A stretch of 47,999 nucleotides of DNA from Basidiobolus ranarum. Lineage: Eukaryota. The notes below the pieces were generated by a model. It ran no database searches, had not been told where the DNA came from, and was given only the letters and a program-made list of their open reading frames with translations. The stretch is taken from assembly GCA_040143965.1 (NCBI GenBank), contig JASJQH010000021.1, positions 1 to 47,999 on the forward strand, read 5' to 3'. A program made the position numbers and the translations under genes. Below, piece after piece: positions 23,376 to 35,308 of the stretch. How positions within the stretch are numbered: the first letter of the stretch is position 1; each line of letters starts with the position of its first letter.

Positions 23376-23760
23376 TTGGGTAGATGGTAGAGGACAAAGG
23401 AAAAAAGAAAGAATCGGTTTCGCGGTATTGAAGTTTGATAAATTGGCTAAAAATTTAATTCATGTGATTCTTTTTTTCAATCAATCGATTTGTCAATTAA
23501 TGGCTATTAGGCTTAAACATGGATATACTTACCCGGAGATTGACGTAACAATGATAAATAGATGCATAATGTTCATTCATTCAGGAACTACGACTCCATT
23601 GAATCTCGATGTATTTATTTATATATTACATAGATTTCTATGTCCTGTCATTGAAGTGATTAATGGCTGAAACTAAACAAAATTGAAGATTGATTATATT
23701 TATACATGGGTTCTTTTAGAGTAACAAAGGCGTTCGCAAGGTGTGACTTTCTTCGAAGAA

Positions 23761-25149
23761 TCATACTTGCTCTAAAGACATCTCGTCCCAGAAATCATCC
23801 GAAATATTGGAGCATCCTTTTAATCCTAGTGCTTGTAACTTTGGGAATTTCTTGATTATTTTACGAATATCTTCATCTTCTAGATCCTGCATGCCAGAGA
23901 TGTCGAAAGAACGGAGCTCCAGTAACTCGGCAGGTATATCTTGAACTGCCGCTCGGGTTACATGTGCACAATACGCCATTTTCAAATTCTCAAGCACAAG
24001 ACATTTCTCCAGGAGCGTTTGGACTGATATGTTCGATATTTTGGGACAACACGTGATGTCGATATTTCGAATACTTGGCAAAGAGTTTGCAATGGCAACA
24101 ATACCCATATCGGAAATATTATCACAATAAGCCATGGATAATTGTTCAATCTCCGAACATTGCGTCGCAAGAGCCGAGACAGACCGGCTAGTAACTCCGC
24201 CACAATAAGACATATTTACTGACTTCAATTTTCTACAATTCTGAGCAAGGGCCAATATGCCAGAGTCCGAGACGGAGCTTGAAGCTACGCTCAGGTACGT
24301 TAGTTGCGAAGAACGGTGAACCAAATCAATGATTGTGCTATCGGCCAAGATATAAACATTATTAAGGTTGAGGTGACGCAGTCTACTACTATGCAAAGCA
24401 ATTTTTTGTACAACGGAGCGAGTTACTTGACAGTACTCAAGTTGAAGGGATTCAAACTCTCTTCCAGTATCAAATACACTCTCAAGATTTTGTCTACTAA
24501 TGCTTTGGCAATGGCTCAAATTTAGCGAAGTTAATTCTGGACATCCATTTATAATTGGAGTTAGTGAAGATCCATCGATATAACAGAGTTTGACGCTTAA
24601 TTCTTGCAATTTTGGACAGCCTTGAGCTAGCGTGGAGAGAGCGGAGTCAGAAATTGAGGCGCAGCCAGCGATAGAAAAGCTCTTCAAATTTTTGCAATGA
24701 GAGCTTACGGCACTCACTGTGGCATCGGAGAGTTTGTAACAATTTGTCAGATCAATTTTGATAATATTGGAACAGACAGAAGTAGCTGCTTGCATGAAAG
24801 AATCTTTGATGTGAACTTGAGTGATTTGACAAGCGGAAAAGTTGAGTTCTTCAACAAAGGAACCGTAATTGTGGGTAACGCAGGGGCGTGTCAAAATTGC
24901 AGGGTTCTTATTAGGATTAACATTAATGGCTAAGCTGTTCTTGTTATAATAGATTTGTTGCTTTTTGGAGCTGAGGAAAGCTTGAGTTAAACTCTCGACT
25001 GCTTGGGCTGAAGTAGGTTTAGGAGATTTCCATAGAATCGGGGTTGCAACACAATTCCATAGTAAGCATACACAAACAGATGAGTGAAGCTCTCTAGGGT
25101 TCTCTAAATATGAGAATATTTGAGCAAGTATCTCGGGTGGTAAAAGCAT
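23761..25149 (-). CDS. F-box/LRR protein (FBXL type, cysteine-containing LRRs), intronless
   Basis: LPPEILAQIFSYL...VC.LWN..ATPILW F-box, then repeated L..L.L..C..I(S/T)D units. First ATG at 25149 (the ORF track starts at an upstream TTG). Confidence 0.9.
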   Translation of the reverse strand: MLLPPEILAQIFSYLENPRELHSSVCVCLLWNCVATPILWKSPKPTSAQAVESLTQAFLSSKKQQIYYNKNSLAINVNPNKNPAILTRPCVTHNYGSFVEELNFSACQITQVHIKDSFMQAATSVCSNIIKIDLTNCYKLSDATVSAVSSHCKNLKSFSIAGCASISDSALSTLAQGCPKLQELSVKLCYIDGSSLTPIINGCPELTSLNLSHCQSISRQNLESVFDTGREFESLQLEYCQVTRSVVQKIALHSSRLRHLNLNNVYILADSTIIDLVHRSSQLTYLSVASSSVSDSGILALAQNCRKLKSVNMSYCGGVTSRSVSALATQCSEIEQLSMAYCDNISDMGIVAIANSLPSIRNIDITCCPKISNISVQTLLEKCLVLENLKMAYCAHVTRAAVQDIPAELLELRSFDISGMQDLEDEDIRKIIKKFPKLQALGLKGCSNISDDFWDEMSLEQV

Positions 25150-25813
25150 CGAGACTACTGGCTTTGAGGAGCTCCACAAACGAAAGATTAAAATATAATT
25201 TGAAAGTCTCAGGGCACAAGTGACCTTTTAAATTGCGTGGAAACACTCTGGTTGGTGGAATGCCCTCTTCTGAAATTTAATATGGTGATAAAAATTTGTT
25301 CCCTTAAATATAATCATCGGGATTGGCATTTCCCTTGTTTAATCTAGATCTTATCTATAAGAATATAACCGCTACTGGTTTGATCCGAAGTGTATGTATA
25401 TGGTAATACCGCCCGATGGTTCAAGATTTAGTCTAATATAGGCTGTACATTTATGCTATTCTACTTGTCGGCAGGTTAAATATATAGGATAGTAGAGTTT
25501 CTTATGAGGCGTCGACTAGCGTTCAAAGGTTTGTCCTGAGTTTGTGGTTATATAGTGTTCAAAAGTTAACAAACATGTTCGTCTCAAATCTTGAAGGAGA
25601 AGTCCAGGGATCAGGTGTAAACAATAAGGTGCATTGGAAATAAACTAACAAAGAGATGTGCATCCAAACACATATCGGATAAATAATCCAAATGACAGTA
25701 GGTGTTGAGAAGATCCAAGCACATGATTGAGGTTATTTCCTCCAACAATTGTTAGAGAAACCCCGACATGACATGACATAAAAAATTATGATACGAACTT
25801 ACAAAACAGCTGA

Positions 25814-25841
25814 ACACCCACACCCACACCCACACCCACAC
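25814..25841. repeat. (ACACCC)4 hexamer array; minus strand has four G3 tracts
   Basis: acacccacacccacacccacacccacac, just upstream of TATAAA at 25875-25880. Confidence 0.9.
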
Positions 25842-26040
25842 TTTACTCTTCTCTATATTCCCTCTTCCCATTCCTATAAACCCGGTTCTCCCCAACACTG
25901 TACCCGAAGATTACTCCCCCTTTGCAAGAATATCCCAGCGCAATAGATATTGAATATTACTCTTGTATGGAATCTGGTTGATTCTTTTCCTTGGACACTC
26001 CCTTTCGTGTCAGAAATCCACATTAACTTACATAGAAATC

Positions 26041-27316
26041 ATGCTAGATTTCATTCCTTTAATTATTTTATTCAAGATATTGTTGTTCGACACTGTGAGC
26101 GTGCTTTCCATCAATAATACTACTGAGAATGGGTCGTCCAAGTGCTATAGTATAAACTCTTCGAAATTTTGTGGTGGAAGTTTTGGCTCTTTCTTTATGT
26201 CCAGCAATGCTATGATTGATGGGGTCAATCCACTTGATGTGACTTCTTTCGATCGCGCCCTGGAGTTTTATTTCGGTTCACCAAAGGATATTGATCAGAT
26301 TAATAAACTGTTTGATTGTAAAGGCGGAGTTGGATGGAGTGGGGTTGAGGAACCTCCTTTCAGGTCTACATTCACTTGTCGTGCTCTACTTGAGCATCCC
26401 TTAGTACGCGAATGTAACATCCAGAATCCTATCCCCCCAATTTGTAAATCCACATGTATACGATATGTAGAAGGTTGGAGTAATATCCTGTTGAATAGCA
26501 CTACTTGTCCATCAACCCCAGAGCAGAGAGAAGCCAAAATCAAGAACCTCTATTCGTGGTGCGAAGCCTTCCCTAACAATGGCCCCGATGGAAGCTGTAT
26601 CAATGGTGAACATAATGAAAGCAAGACTTGTGGTGAGTAGTTTCTAATTAGAAGAAAATACCATAAATCTCGACTAATGTTTTTATCAAGGGTTCATGCT
26701 ACCAGCCCAATATCCCACTCTTTGTACCTACTGTCAAACTTCTGATAACAGTTGTTGCAAATCAGAGGCCGCGAAACTTTGCTCTTTAGCCAACTCTGAA
26801 CAACCTCCCAAAAAGAATGTTGCTCTATTCGTACTATCTGGGATTCTTGGTTCAGTGGTCGTGATTGCTCTAGCTATAGGAGGTCTTATCTATTATCGTA
26901 GGAGACATCAAACTGAGATTAAGACCCATTCAAGTCAATCTTCCATTTCTTCTTCAACGAACCTTATCCCATTCTCATCACCTTCTGCGCCGCCTTCTCC
27001 ACCGCCCATGACGCAGCCAGAAGGTGAGGAGTACAGTTGTGTATTTGCCTACAATCCTACTTTGGAAGATGAATTAATGATTCAGCCTGGCGATTCACTT
27101 ATTGTAATCTGGGCTTTTGATGATGGCTGGGCTGTAGGCCGCAATGTGAACACTGGTTTCGAAGGGGCATTCCCCATGGCCTGCGTTACAAAAAACTCAT
27201 CAACTGAGGCTCCATCCAGAGATTCGGAGAAGCTCGATGGCGAACAGTATCCACGAACATCTTCTAAGCACATTTCTGGACGACTTTCGTTCAACTCTAT
27301 ATCTTCACAAAAATAG
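26041..27316 (+). CDS. Single-pass membrane protein: signal peptide, Cys-rich ectodomain, TM helix, Pro-rich linker, SH3 domain; 2 exons
   Basis: Exons 26041-26632 and 26691-27316. About 16 Cys in the ectodomain; TM VALFVLSGILGSVVVIALAIGGLIYY followed by RRR; SH3 YSCVFAYNPTLEDELMIQPGD...DDGWAVGRN...GAFPMACV. Confidence 0.85.
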
Positions 27317-28393
27317 ATATTCCATTTTCTTTATGGAACATCAGTCCCTATTATTCCCAGGTCTAAATTTATGATGCTCTATTTTTAATTACTCTCCTTT
27401 TCTACCTTCCCAACTAATCATACAATTTCTCTTCTCTTCTCTTCCCTTCTCCGTTCCCGTTCCTCTTTCTACTTAACTTGATATTCGATATTCATCCCTC
27501 TCTCCATATTTTGTTTATTTCCATTTCACCCCAACTTTGGATTGTATTTTATTATTTTACTAGATTTTAAGATGGTAATAGGAACTGTTTGCTAACTATC
27601 CTTCTCTTTCATTGTGTGATATGTTTGGTGGATTTTGACGAGTTAGTATTGTCGAAGTTTTGGAACTTCCATCAATATGAATAAATGAATTTTGTTGACA
27701 GTGAGAGGAATCTTAGATTGGGATCAATCTGTCAACAATATATAATCATATATCTTTAAAAAAGAATGGGACATGTGCCTTAGGTTATCTGCGTATATCG
27801 ATGGAAATCATGTACCTATTCTATTTTACTCGAGTAATATACCCAGTCTTGAAGGCTCCTAACATCGGTACAAGGAATATCAATAAAATTTGTACTTTCA
27901 AAAATGGTTGTTCAAATCTAAAAGATCCAACTGGAATCAGGCTGTCCTTAAAGTTAAATTCCAAATTATTCCTAAATTTCGTAGGTTCTTGGTAAGTAAA
28001 AACTTCCAGTAAAATACGTTAATAGTGCAACAAATAAATAGATTTTCAGCTTAAAAACCCCTATAAAGTGCAACCCTGCATTCTGAATATATGAGGAAAA
28101 CTAATTATGCTTACGGCAGTCACTAGTTTCGTAATATCACTTTAAATGAGAATGAAAAGCACAGCTAGCCAAGTTTAAAGAAAACGGAAATGTAAAAAAT
28201 AGTATATCGGACATAGCATTACAGATGGAAAGGAAGGAGAAAGTTTAAAGTACAATAATTCAGGAAAAGCAAAAGATTACAGTAAGAAAAAATAAGCAAA
28301 ACAATTAAGAAAACAGTATCAACAGGTAATTGGGATAGGTGTAAAGCTAATGAGATAGCTGGATACAATCGAAATGCGCCAAACAGCATACAT

Positions 28394-29488
28394 TTAGACA
28401 CACATCTTGCGTTTCCAGAAATAAGGAGTCATGAGAGAAGCATTGGCAGTAAACATACATCCATCATCAACCATTTTCTTAGCGATTCTACCTATATTTC
28501 TAGCGTCATCGATCCCTGAATGTTCTCTCCCTCGAAATTTCATACTCAGCTTCTCAAGCATTCCGGGAATGTTCTTCCGTTCGCATCCATAGTACTCGGA
28601 AAACATGCGGCGAATGTCAATCCAAGGCTGCCAAAAATATATTGGCCGAAGAATCTTGGATTGTCTGCATTGCTTTTCGATGAAGTCACGAATATCAAAT
28701 GGTCCATCAGTTATAAATGCACAGCTGTACTCTATGAAGAGACCCCTTTCCATCAACCATATTCCAAAAAGCGCCAATACTTCTTCAAAAGTTGGGCTGA
28801 CATCAACGACGCACTATTATGCAATATGTTAGTCACGATTTGTGACAATGAAATGATCCAGAGGATTTGATCCTAATTTACCTGCGAGATGCCAGTCAAC
28901 TCGATACAAAACTGTGATAGTACTGGATTCTTTGTAGGTCGAACATATGCGTGGAATTCATCTACCTGTACAAATATCAAATGTTAACAAATATCTATTA
29001 CGATATGTTGCCATCAGTAGACTTACTACTCTGAAAGTAGCGCCATCAAGTAGAACAACTGGAAACTCGATAATTTCGTTGGGAAACTCCATAAATTTGC
29101 CTCGCTCGCATGTAGCTTCAACGTCAAAGCACAAGTAGTAGTCATAAGGCTGATAGTTCTTACTATGTTGGGTTACATAGAGATATATTCATAATTAGTA
29201 ATACATTCAAGTATAATTGGGATGAACCTCTGTAAAGACATACAGATATTTCTCCGGATGAATCAAAAAAGGCTTCTTCTTAGGCCAAAAGAAGTGCTTC
29301 TTTTTATGGTTTGGGTCAGGGTTCTTCTTATACCGTTGCCGAGATCTATTTGGTGTGGTAGGAGGAAGCGGTGAAGGGTGGATGTTGTATTTAAACAAGG
29401 TATCCTCGCATCTTTTCGAAGTCACAAGAGGGTTCTTACGCACATGTGTATTGAAGTTGGGGTTCAATTTGACCACAGTTTCGAGCAT
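28394..29488 (-). CDS. ERI1-family DEDDh 3'-5' exoribonuclease, multi-exon
   Basis: YDYYLCFDVEATC...NEIIEFPVVLLDG; EFHAYVRPT.NPVLSQFC.ELTGISQ; FITDGPFDIRDF; FRGREHSGIDDARNI. Confidence 0.9.
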
Positions 29489-30585
29489 CTTGTAAAAGCA
29501 ATAGAAGTATAAAGGTCAAGGGCTAGACTGCAATCCTATGCTTTAGAAGTAAATATATGGAGTTCAAGTTCACTATCACGTGATGGTTTTAAGAAGGGAT
29601 AACTAAAATAATAAAAGCCACGGGAGTCAAAGAAGACAAGGGATAGCCTCTATATCAAGCAACAATACTATGTATGCTAAGGAGAGTAAGGGATGAGCAA
29701 TAGGAGAGAGTCAGAAAAAGAATGAATGAATTTTGAACTCGACGTTAACTAAATTAAGAACTGGCAGAACTGGATTGGAGATTTAGACTTGCAGGAATAG
29801 AGAGATTACGATATCATTGGCTCATACACGGAATCAAAGAAGGAACGTCTCTTGACTTGGCCAATAATCATCTGATACTGAACACATTCAAAAATGGTGG
29901 ATGATAACGTCGTCTATTGATTCAATTTAAGTACAGCCACTATTGTATCATACTGTAACGATGCTCTCTTCACTCCTGTTGTATATTGAATTTCACCAAC
30001 ACTGAAGCCTACTCAATTGTTAAACCTTCTCTTGGTTGGGGTAAAAAAATACACACTCGGTGCCTAGAAAAGCTGCCCACGTACCCAATTTCAAACTAAG
30101 GCCTGTAGCCGGTGTGTGAAATAACACAAAACGATTGGATCCGATGGGTGCTCTAACTTCCGATTCGGTAGAAACCAGCGGACCTGCCCATTATACTAAG
30201 GTCATCAAAGCTCAATATATTTGATGAGACTTACTTTCTAGTAAATGCTGGTAAGCATGTACGAGTTATTTACCAGAAATTCTCCTAGAATCATACTTAC
30301 AGATGGAGATTGCGGTGAATTCATCTGTTTATTGATCGATATTTTGGTAAATCGGTATTTTATTGATCGCAGTATTTCAAATATCAAAGCATCACACCAA
30401 ACATCTGGATTGATGAAAATAGATTTATTATATATAGCTCTACATTATATGCCACATTATCAATTAAGAACTTCCAAAAATATAGACCAAGTCGTTGTTG
30501 GCAACCTGTTCAAATGAAACCTAGATGAGGACCAGAGAAATATTGCTATATAGCCAGATATATATAGCCAAATAGAGCGAACAAT

Positions 30586-32402
30586 TTAAAAATGATATTT
30601 AAATTGATGTCCATTAGGGCCACCACGAGATCCATCATCAAATGGAAATCCTCCAAATCCACCATGACCACTAGGACCACCATTTCGGAAGAAGAATTGC
30701 ATAGGATTACCTTGTCCATGGTGTTGCTGACCACCTGTGGGATCGTTTGGATCATCTCCATTGTCGAACCGGTTACGAAGTTCATCATCACTTAAGACTT
30801 CATATGCTTCGTTTATCTCACTCATTTTCTTGGCTACTACATCCGCAGACAATTCCCCCTTGTATTTGTCAGGATGCCATTGACCTGCTAATTTACGGTA
30901 AGCTTTCTTGATTTCACGCTTTGTTGCCGATCTGGTAATTCCAAGTACTTTGTAGTAATCTTTGGATTGAGATTGCTTCAAAAGGCGTTGAGCTCTAGCT
31001 AGCTTCTCGCGAATGCTGTGATCATGTCCATTGCTTAATTCTTGAGCTTTGGTGAAATCGCGGACAGCCTCTTCAAATTCATCATTCAATAAATGGGCAT
31101 CACCACGTCCAACCAACGCTAATACGTTTTCTTCATCATGTTTGAGAACCTCTGAACACCAATGTTTGGACAAAGTCCCATCTTTTCTTCCAACGTAAGC
31201 TGTGCAAGCCAGCTGTGCAAGTTTTACGTAAAGTTGTGAGCGGGGATTTGTAGTAATACTGGCAGAAGCCAAAGTTTCTTCGATACTTTTTTCAATCTTT
31301 GAGATTAATCCATCATTAGAATTGGGACCGATCAGCTTGTTAATTGCAGCGAGATATAGTTTCTTTTCAACATCAGTCTCCACTTTCTTGACCTCTTTCT
31401 CCAGTTTCTTAATGTTGCGAAACATTGGCTTACATAGCTTGTCGTCGGGATCATATGTTAAGCATTGCTTGACAGAAAGAAGAGCATGTTGTGGATCGTG
31501 TAGAATAAAATAATGAAGGCCGGATAGTTTGTACAAGTTTGAAGAGTCAGAAGGATTGAGTGTAGCTGTACGACTGAGAAGAATATGAGAATATGCTTAG
31601 ATATAATTTATAGATGTAGAATACTTACGATAAGTCGCCTACAGCTTCTTCAATCTCCCCTTTGCCTAGGTAACAGGTAGCTCTTTTAGCACGCAAGCTA
31701 GGCATAGAAGTAGCAAAGGATATGGCTGTCGTGTAGTGTTTGATACAGTCGTCATAGTTTTTGGACTGGTAAGCTTTTTCACCTAAATCGATTTGTTTCT
31801 CTGTCTCTAGAACATCTTCAAGCTAAATAATTATTAGTATGTGGGAAAATGAAAATAAGTACAATAACAATCTACGTTACATATTTCTTTCCGTCAGAAC
31901 TATTGGGGTTGTTCTTTATATATTTCTTTATATCAGACTTGGCCTTCGAAATAAAACCGTCTTTGAGATTAAGTTTCGCGCGTTGAAAAAGAGCCTATAC
32001 CAAAGTTAGTAACTAATTTATACTAAATAGTTGTTCGAAAGTAAATACCTGCTCGAAGTCGGGTTTGATTTCCAAAATCGTGTTGAAGTCCTCAATTGCG
32101 GAGCTGCTACGACCGAGTGAGAGGTAAGTGGTAGCACGTTTAAAATATGTCAGGTAGTTGGAAGGATCCTTCTCTGAAGAAAAATATCACATGTCAGATA
32201 AGAACCAAGTGAATATATGTATATTGTATATACCTATCGCAAAATCATAGTTGGAAAGAGCCTCATTAAATCGACCAGCGGCTAATAGACGATTCGCCTC
32301 GTCTAAATATTGTTGTGTTGTCTTGTCATTGGAAGAGTTTGCGAATATCGCGTGGGGAAGTATCAGAGATACAAAGGGTGTAAGATAAAGGTACAACTTC
32401 AT
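30586..32402 (-). CDS. DNAJC3: ER-luminal TPR + J-domain co-chaperone (DNAJC3/P58IPK/Jem1 family), multi-exon
   Basis: Signal peptide [24 protein letters not shown] repeats ([16 protein letters not shown]); J domain KDYYKVLG...[13 protein letters not shown]...[27 protein letters not shown]-rich tail ending FKYHF. Confidence 0.92.
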
Positions 32403-32603
32403 TTGGCTCTATAGATACCACAGTAAAACTTGGCGAATAAATTCAAATATGGTCGGCTGGTATGAATAATGAAAATAAACACGAAGGTAAAAAAGGAACA
32501 ATCAGTCGATCAAACCAGCGAGAGGTTTTTAAGTAAAATCCCGAGTCTCTAGTCGACACTACAAGATTCAATGAATATTCGATCACGTGCACAAGACTGG
32601 CAG

Positions 32604-32622
32604 CGTGGGCTCGGTCTATTGG
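32604..32622 (-). promoter_or_regulatory. ERSE-consensus element CCAAT-N9-CCACG about 200 bp upstream of the DNAJC3 ATG
   Basis: Minus strand reads CCAAT AGACCGAGC CCACG. It overlaps CAGCGTG (32601-32607); a CACGTG lies at 32584-32589. Confidence 0.6.
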
Positions 32623-33412
32623 TCAAGTAAGAATATTGAGTTGAGCGATTTGCTCACCAGCCATTTTTAGGATAAGGCAATTTCGGACGATTCCAAAGTG
32701 TTAAACTATCAATCAAATTCGACCACAGCTGTCGCAGTAAGGGTTAGGGTTAAATCTCGGATGTCATTAGAGGAAGCAAGAATAAGTTGAATATTTATGG
32801 TTACTCTGACCTATCTGTAACTCCAATCCGGTGGATGAGCCCTAACCCTATAGTCTTTTACTACTATTGGCTCTGACCCACCCTATACATACTACTATGC
32901 ATACAATATGTCAAGCTTTGAATTCTAGAATGGATATTCTATATCAGCTGATCTTAGCAACCCATAGCCACTAATATGTTAACAATAGACTCGCTTTAAT
33001 GACTTGAATCAGCACTAATCAGGTTATCGGCCAGATATACTCAATCAAACTAACTCCCACTGTGTATTCTGTTGTGTATCTGCTATTGACATACATAGTT
33101 CCATCACTATTTGAGACATGTGTCTGTATCTATCAGATCCATGTTTGATTCATGTAATTTATTTGGCTTGCCGAACGATGCACATACTATAAATTACTAG
33201 AGTGAATCGTTTGAGCTTATTTTTACAGTCCTTGCCTCACATCCCTATTTCTCCTGCATTTTTATCGTAGTATATTTGTAGTAAAATAACTTGCCTTGAA
33301 GCTCTAGTTAATTCCTATCTTTTTTGTTCCAAAGTGTATATTTCTTTACCATTAGTTACTTTTGATTTACCTCTGGAAGGTCCCTTAAATTACACCACAC
33401 GATACTGTATAA

Positions 33413-34401
33413 ATGGCAGAGGCCGCTCATATATCACAGAAGTCAAACTTAGTCAATCGACGACAACGTTCTACTCTAGAAGCACCTGGTAATTTTTACT
33501 CAACTGCAAATCAATGGTTCAACCGAGGACTTAAGTTACCGGAAGTCACCATTACCAATTCTCCGGATAGTAGTGCAGAGACTGTTAGTCACATTCAACA
33601 ACCCTCAACTTCACAGCACTTGACGTCTACAGTACGGTTTTTCGATGCCTCAAGTATATCTACTACCAAAAGTAATAAAAAAGATGTAAAGGAGCGTGCG
33701 ATAAATATAGAGGATACCTCTCAATTAAATGATGTTCCCGATATTCCTAGAATTAAAGCAGTAGTACTCCACAAGGTTCTTTCGTCAGACACTTTCGCTG
33801 GTATTTCCTTGAAATATGGAGTCGAGGTGAGTTGAAGTCCATGTAGTATTCTGTAACACTTTTAGCAAACATTAAAAGATTTTTTCTAGGTCGGTATTCT
33901 ACGTCGTGTGAACAAACTATGGTCTGGTGATCCTCTTCAATTTCGTGATAGAATAAAGATTCCACTTGAGCACTGTACTATCACTGATGCAGAGTTGAGC
34001 AGTTTAAATGCACGAGTTGTGTCCCAAGAGGAATTAGATAGCATGGAGGCTCTTCGAAAGAGTACAGAGGGTAGATCGAATATTGATTCATACTCACCTA
34101 GATCATCATCCAGTTGGAGGTAATTGCGCCGTAACTTTATTATATCTTGACTTTTTGATTATAACTGTATTTCAGCTCATCTAGTAGTGTGTTGGAGGAT
34201 TCACGCGAAATACTTGAACCTCTAGCCAGTCTTGTCTCTCGTGCAGTTGATTCTATCTCAAAGCCATTGAAGCAATCGCATGCTTGGACCACAGTGAATA
34301 ACAATACCTTTCGACGTTCGAAAAAGGATTTCATTATTCCTGATCGTGAAGAAGGCCCTTGGATCCAAATGCAGCCTACTGACAAGTCCCATACTTCGTA
34401 G
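33413..34401 (+). CDS. Intracellular LysM-domain protein, at least 3 exons; 3' end uncertain
   Basis: HKVLSSDTFAGISLKYGVE/VGILRRVNKLWSGDPLQFRDRIKIP is a LysM fold. No signal peptide; flanks are S/T-rich. Confidence 0.75.
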
Positions 34402-34867
34402 CAATACTACACAGTCTTATCTCTACTATCGTAACCACTCCTCACCTTAGAGTCAGCGAGGAAGCAATCTGGATTCAGCGCACGTACACACTTGTAACTC
34501 TGAAGCTTCAACAGCGCTATTATCGTTGGACATTTCAAACACCTGTTCTATGTCAAAACCATCAGATACTATATATACAAGAAATAATATGTACGATGCG
34601 TCTACGTACTTGTGAAGTAACTGATCTTATCGTTATGAAAATGTATTCTTAGTTTTCAGCTACATCAATTTTACCAATAAACAGCATATATAAACAATAC
34701 TTCATCAAGGAGAGTAGATTTTCAATACTTGCATCTTATTTAATATAGTCATTCAATGGAGATACAAATCCAGATAAAACATATTTGGTTGGACGATACA
34801 CAACAAAAACCACATTTCAAGCACACAAGACACCGACGCTATGTTACAAAATACATATATAAAATAT

Positions 34868-35308
34868 TCAGATTTCATCATCATGGAAGCACCATCTCGT
34901 TTTTTTAGGACTCTTGGCTCTAACCACATAGCCATCATTATCGGGAGGTCTTTCCTTCTTTTTACAACTTGATAGCATACTTTGCAAAGAAAGGCATACG
35001 GTTGCCACAGTTTGGGCAGGTGTCCAGTGAGTATACAGAATATTGATACAAATATGCCCGTTGCTATACACGTGCGGATGAACAGGGATATTGCCTGTAA
35101 AGATTACCTCTGGAGCCTCTATCGGATAGCTTGTAGAAAATCGAAACTCCAAATTAAAAGTTTCTCCTTCGTATAGTGTTCCAGAAGCTCCTTCCAAAAT
35201 TAATACCCAACGATTAAGATCATTTGCTTCGAGTATCTTCAAACCACTAGGTGGCGCCAGAGTAAGCTCCTTGAGCTCCTTCATCAAACGTCGGGAATAA
35301 AGTGCCAT
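34868..35308 (-). CDS. UBE2W: Ubiquitin-conjugating enzyme E2 W (N-terminal ubiquitylating E2)
   Basis: RRLMKEL, YPIEAPEV.F, HPHVYSNGHIC (HPH instead of HPN), LSLQSMLSSC..KERPPDN, C-terminal W.FHDD. Confidence 0.92.
   Translation of the reverse strand: MALYSRRLMKELKELTLAPPSGLKILEANDLNRWVLILEGASGTLYEGETFNLEFRFSTSYPIEAPEVIFTGNIPVHPHVYSNGHICINILYTHWTPAQTVATVCLSLQSMLSSCKKKERPPDNDGYVVRAKSPKKTRWCFHDDEI

Noticed and set aside
34399-34650. Possible extra exon or stop readthrough after the LysM gene TAG
   Set aside because: TAG CAA TAC does not match the CARYYA readthrough context, and the candidate extension has no recognisable features.
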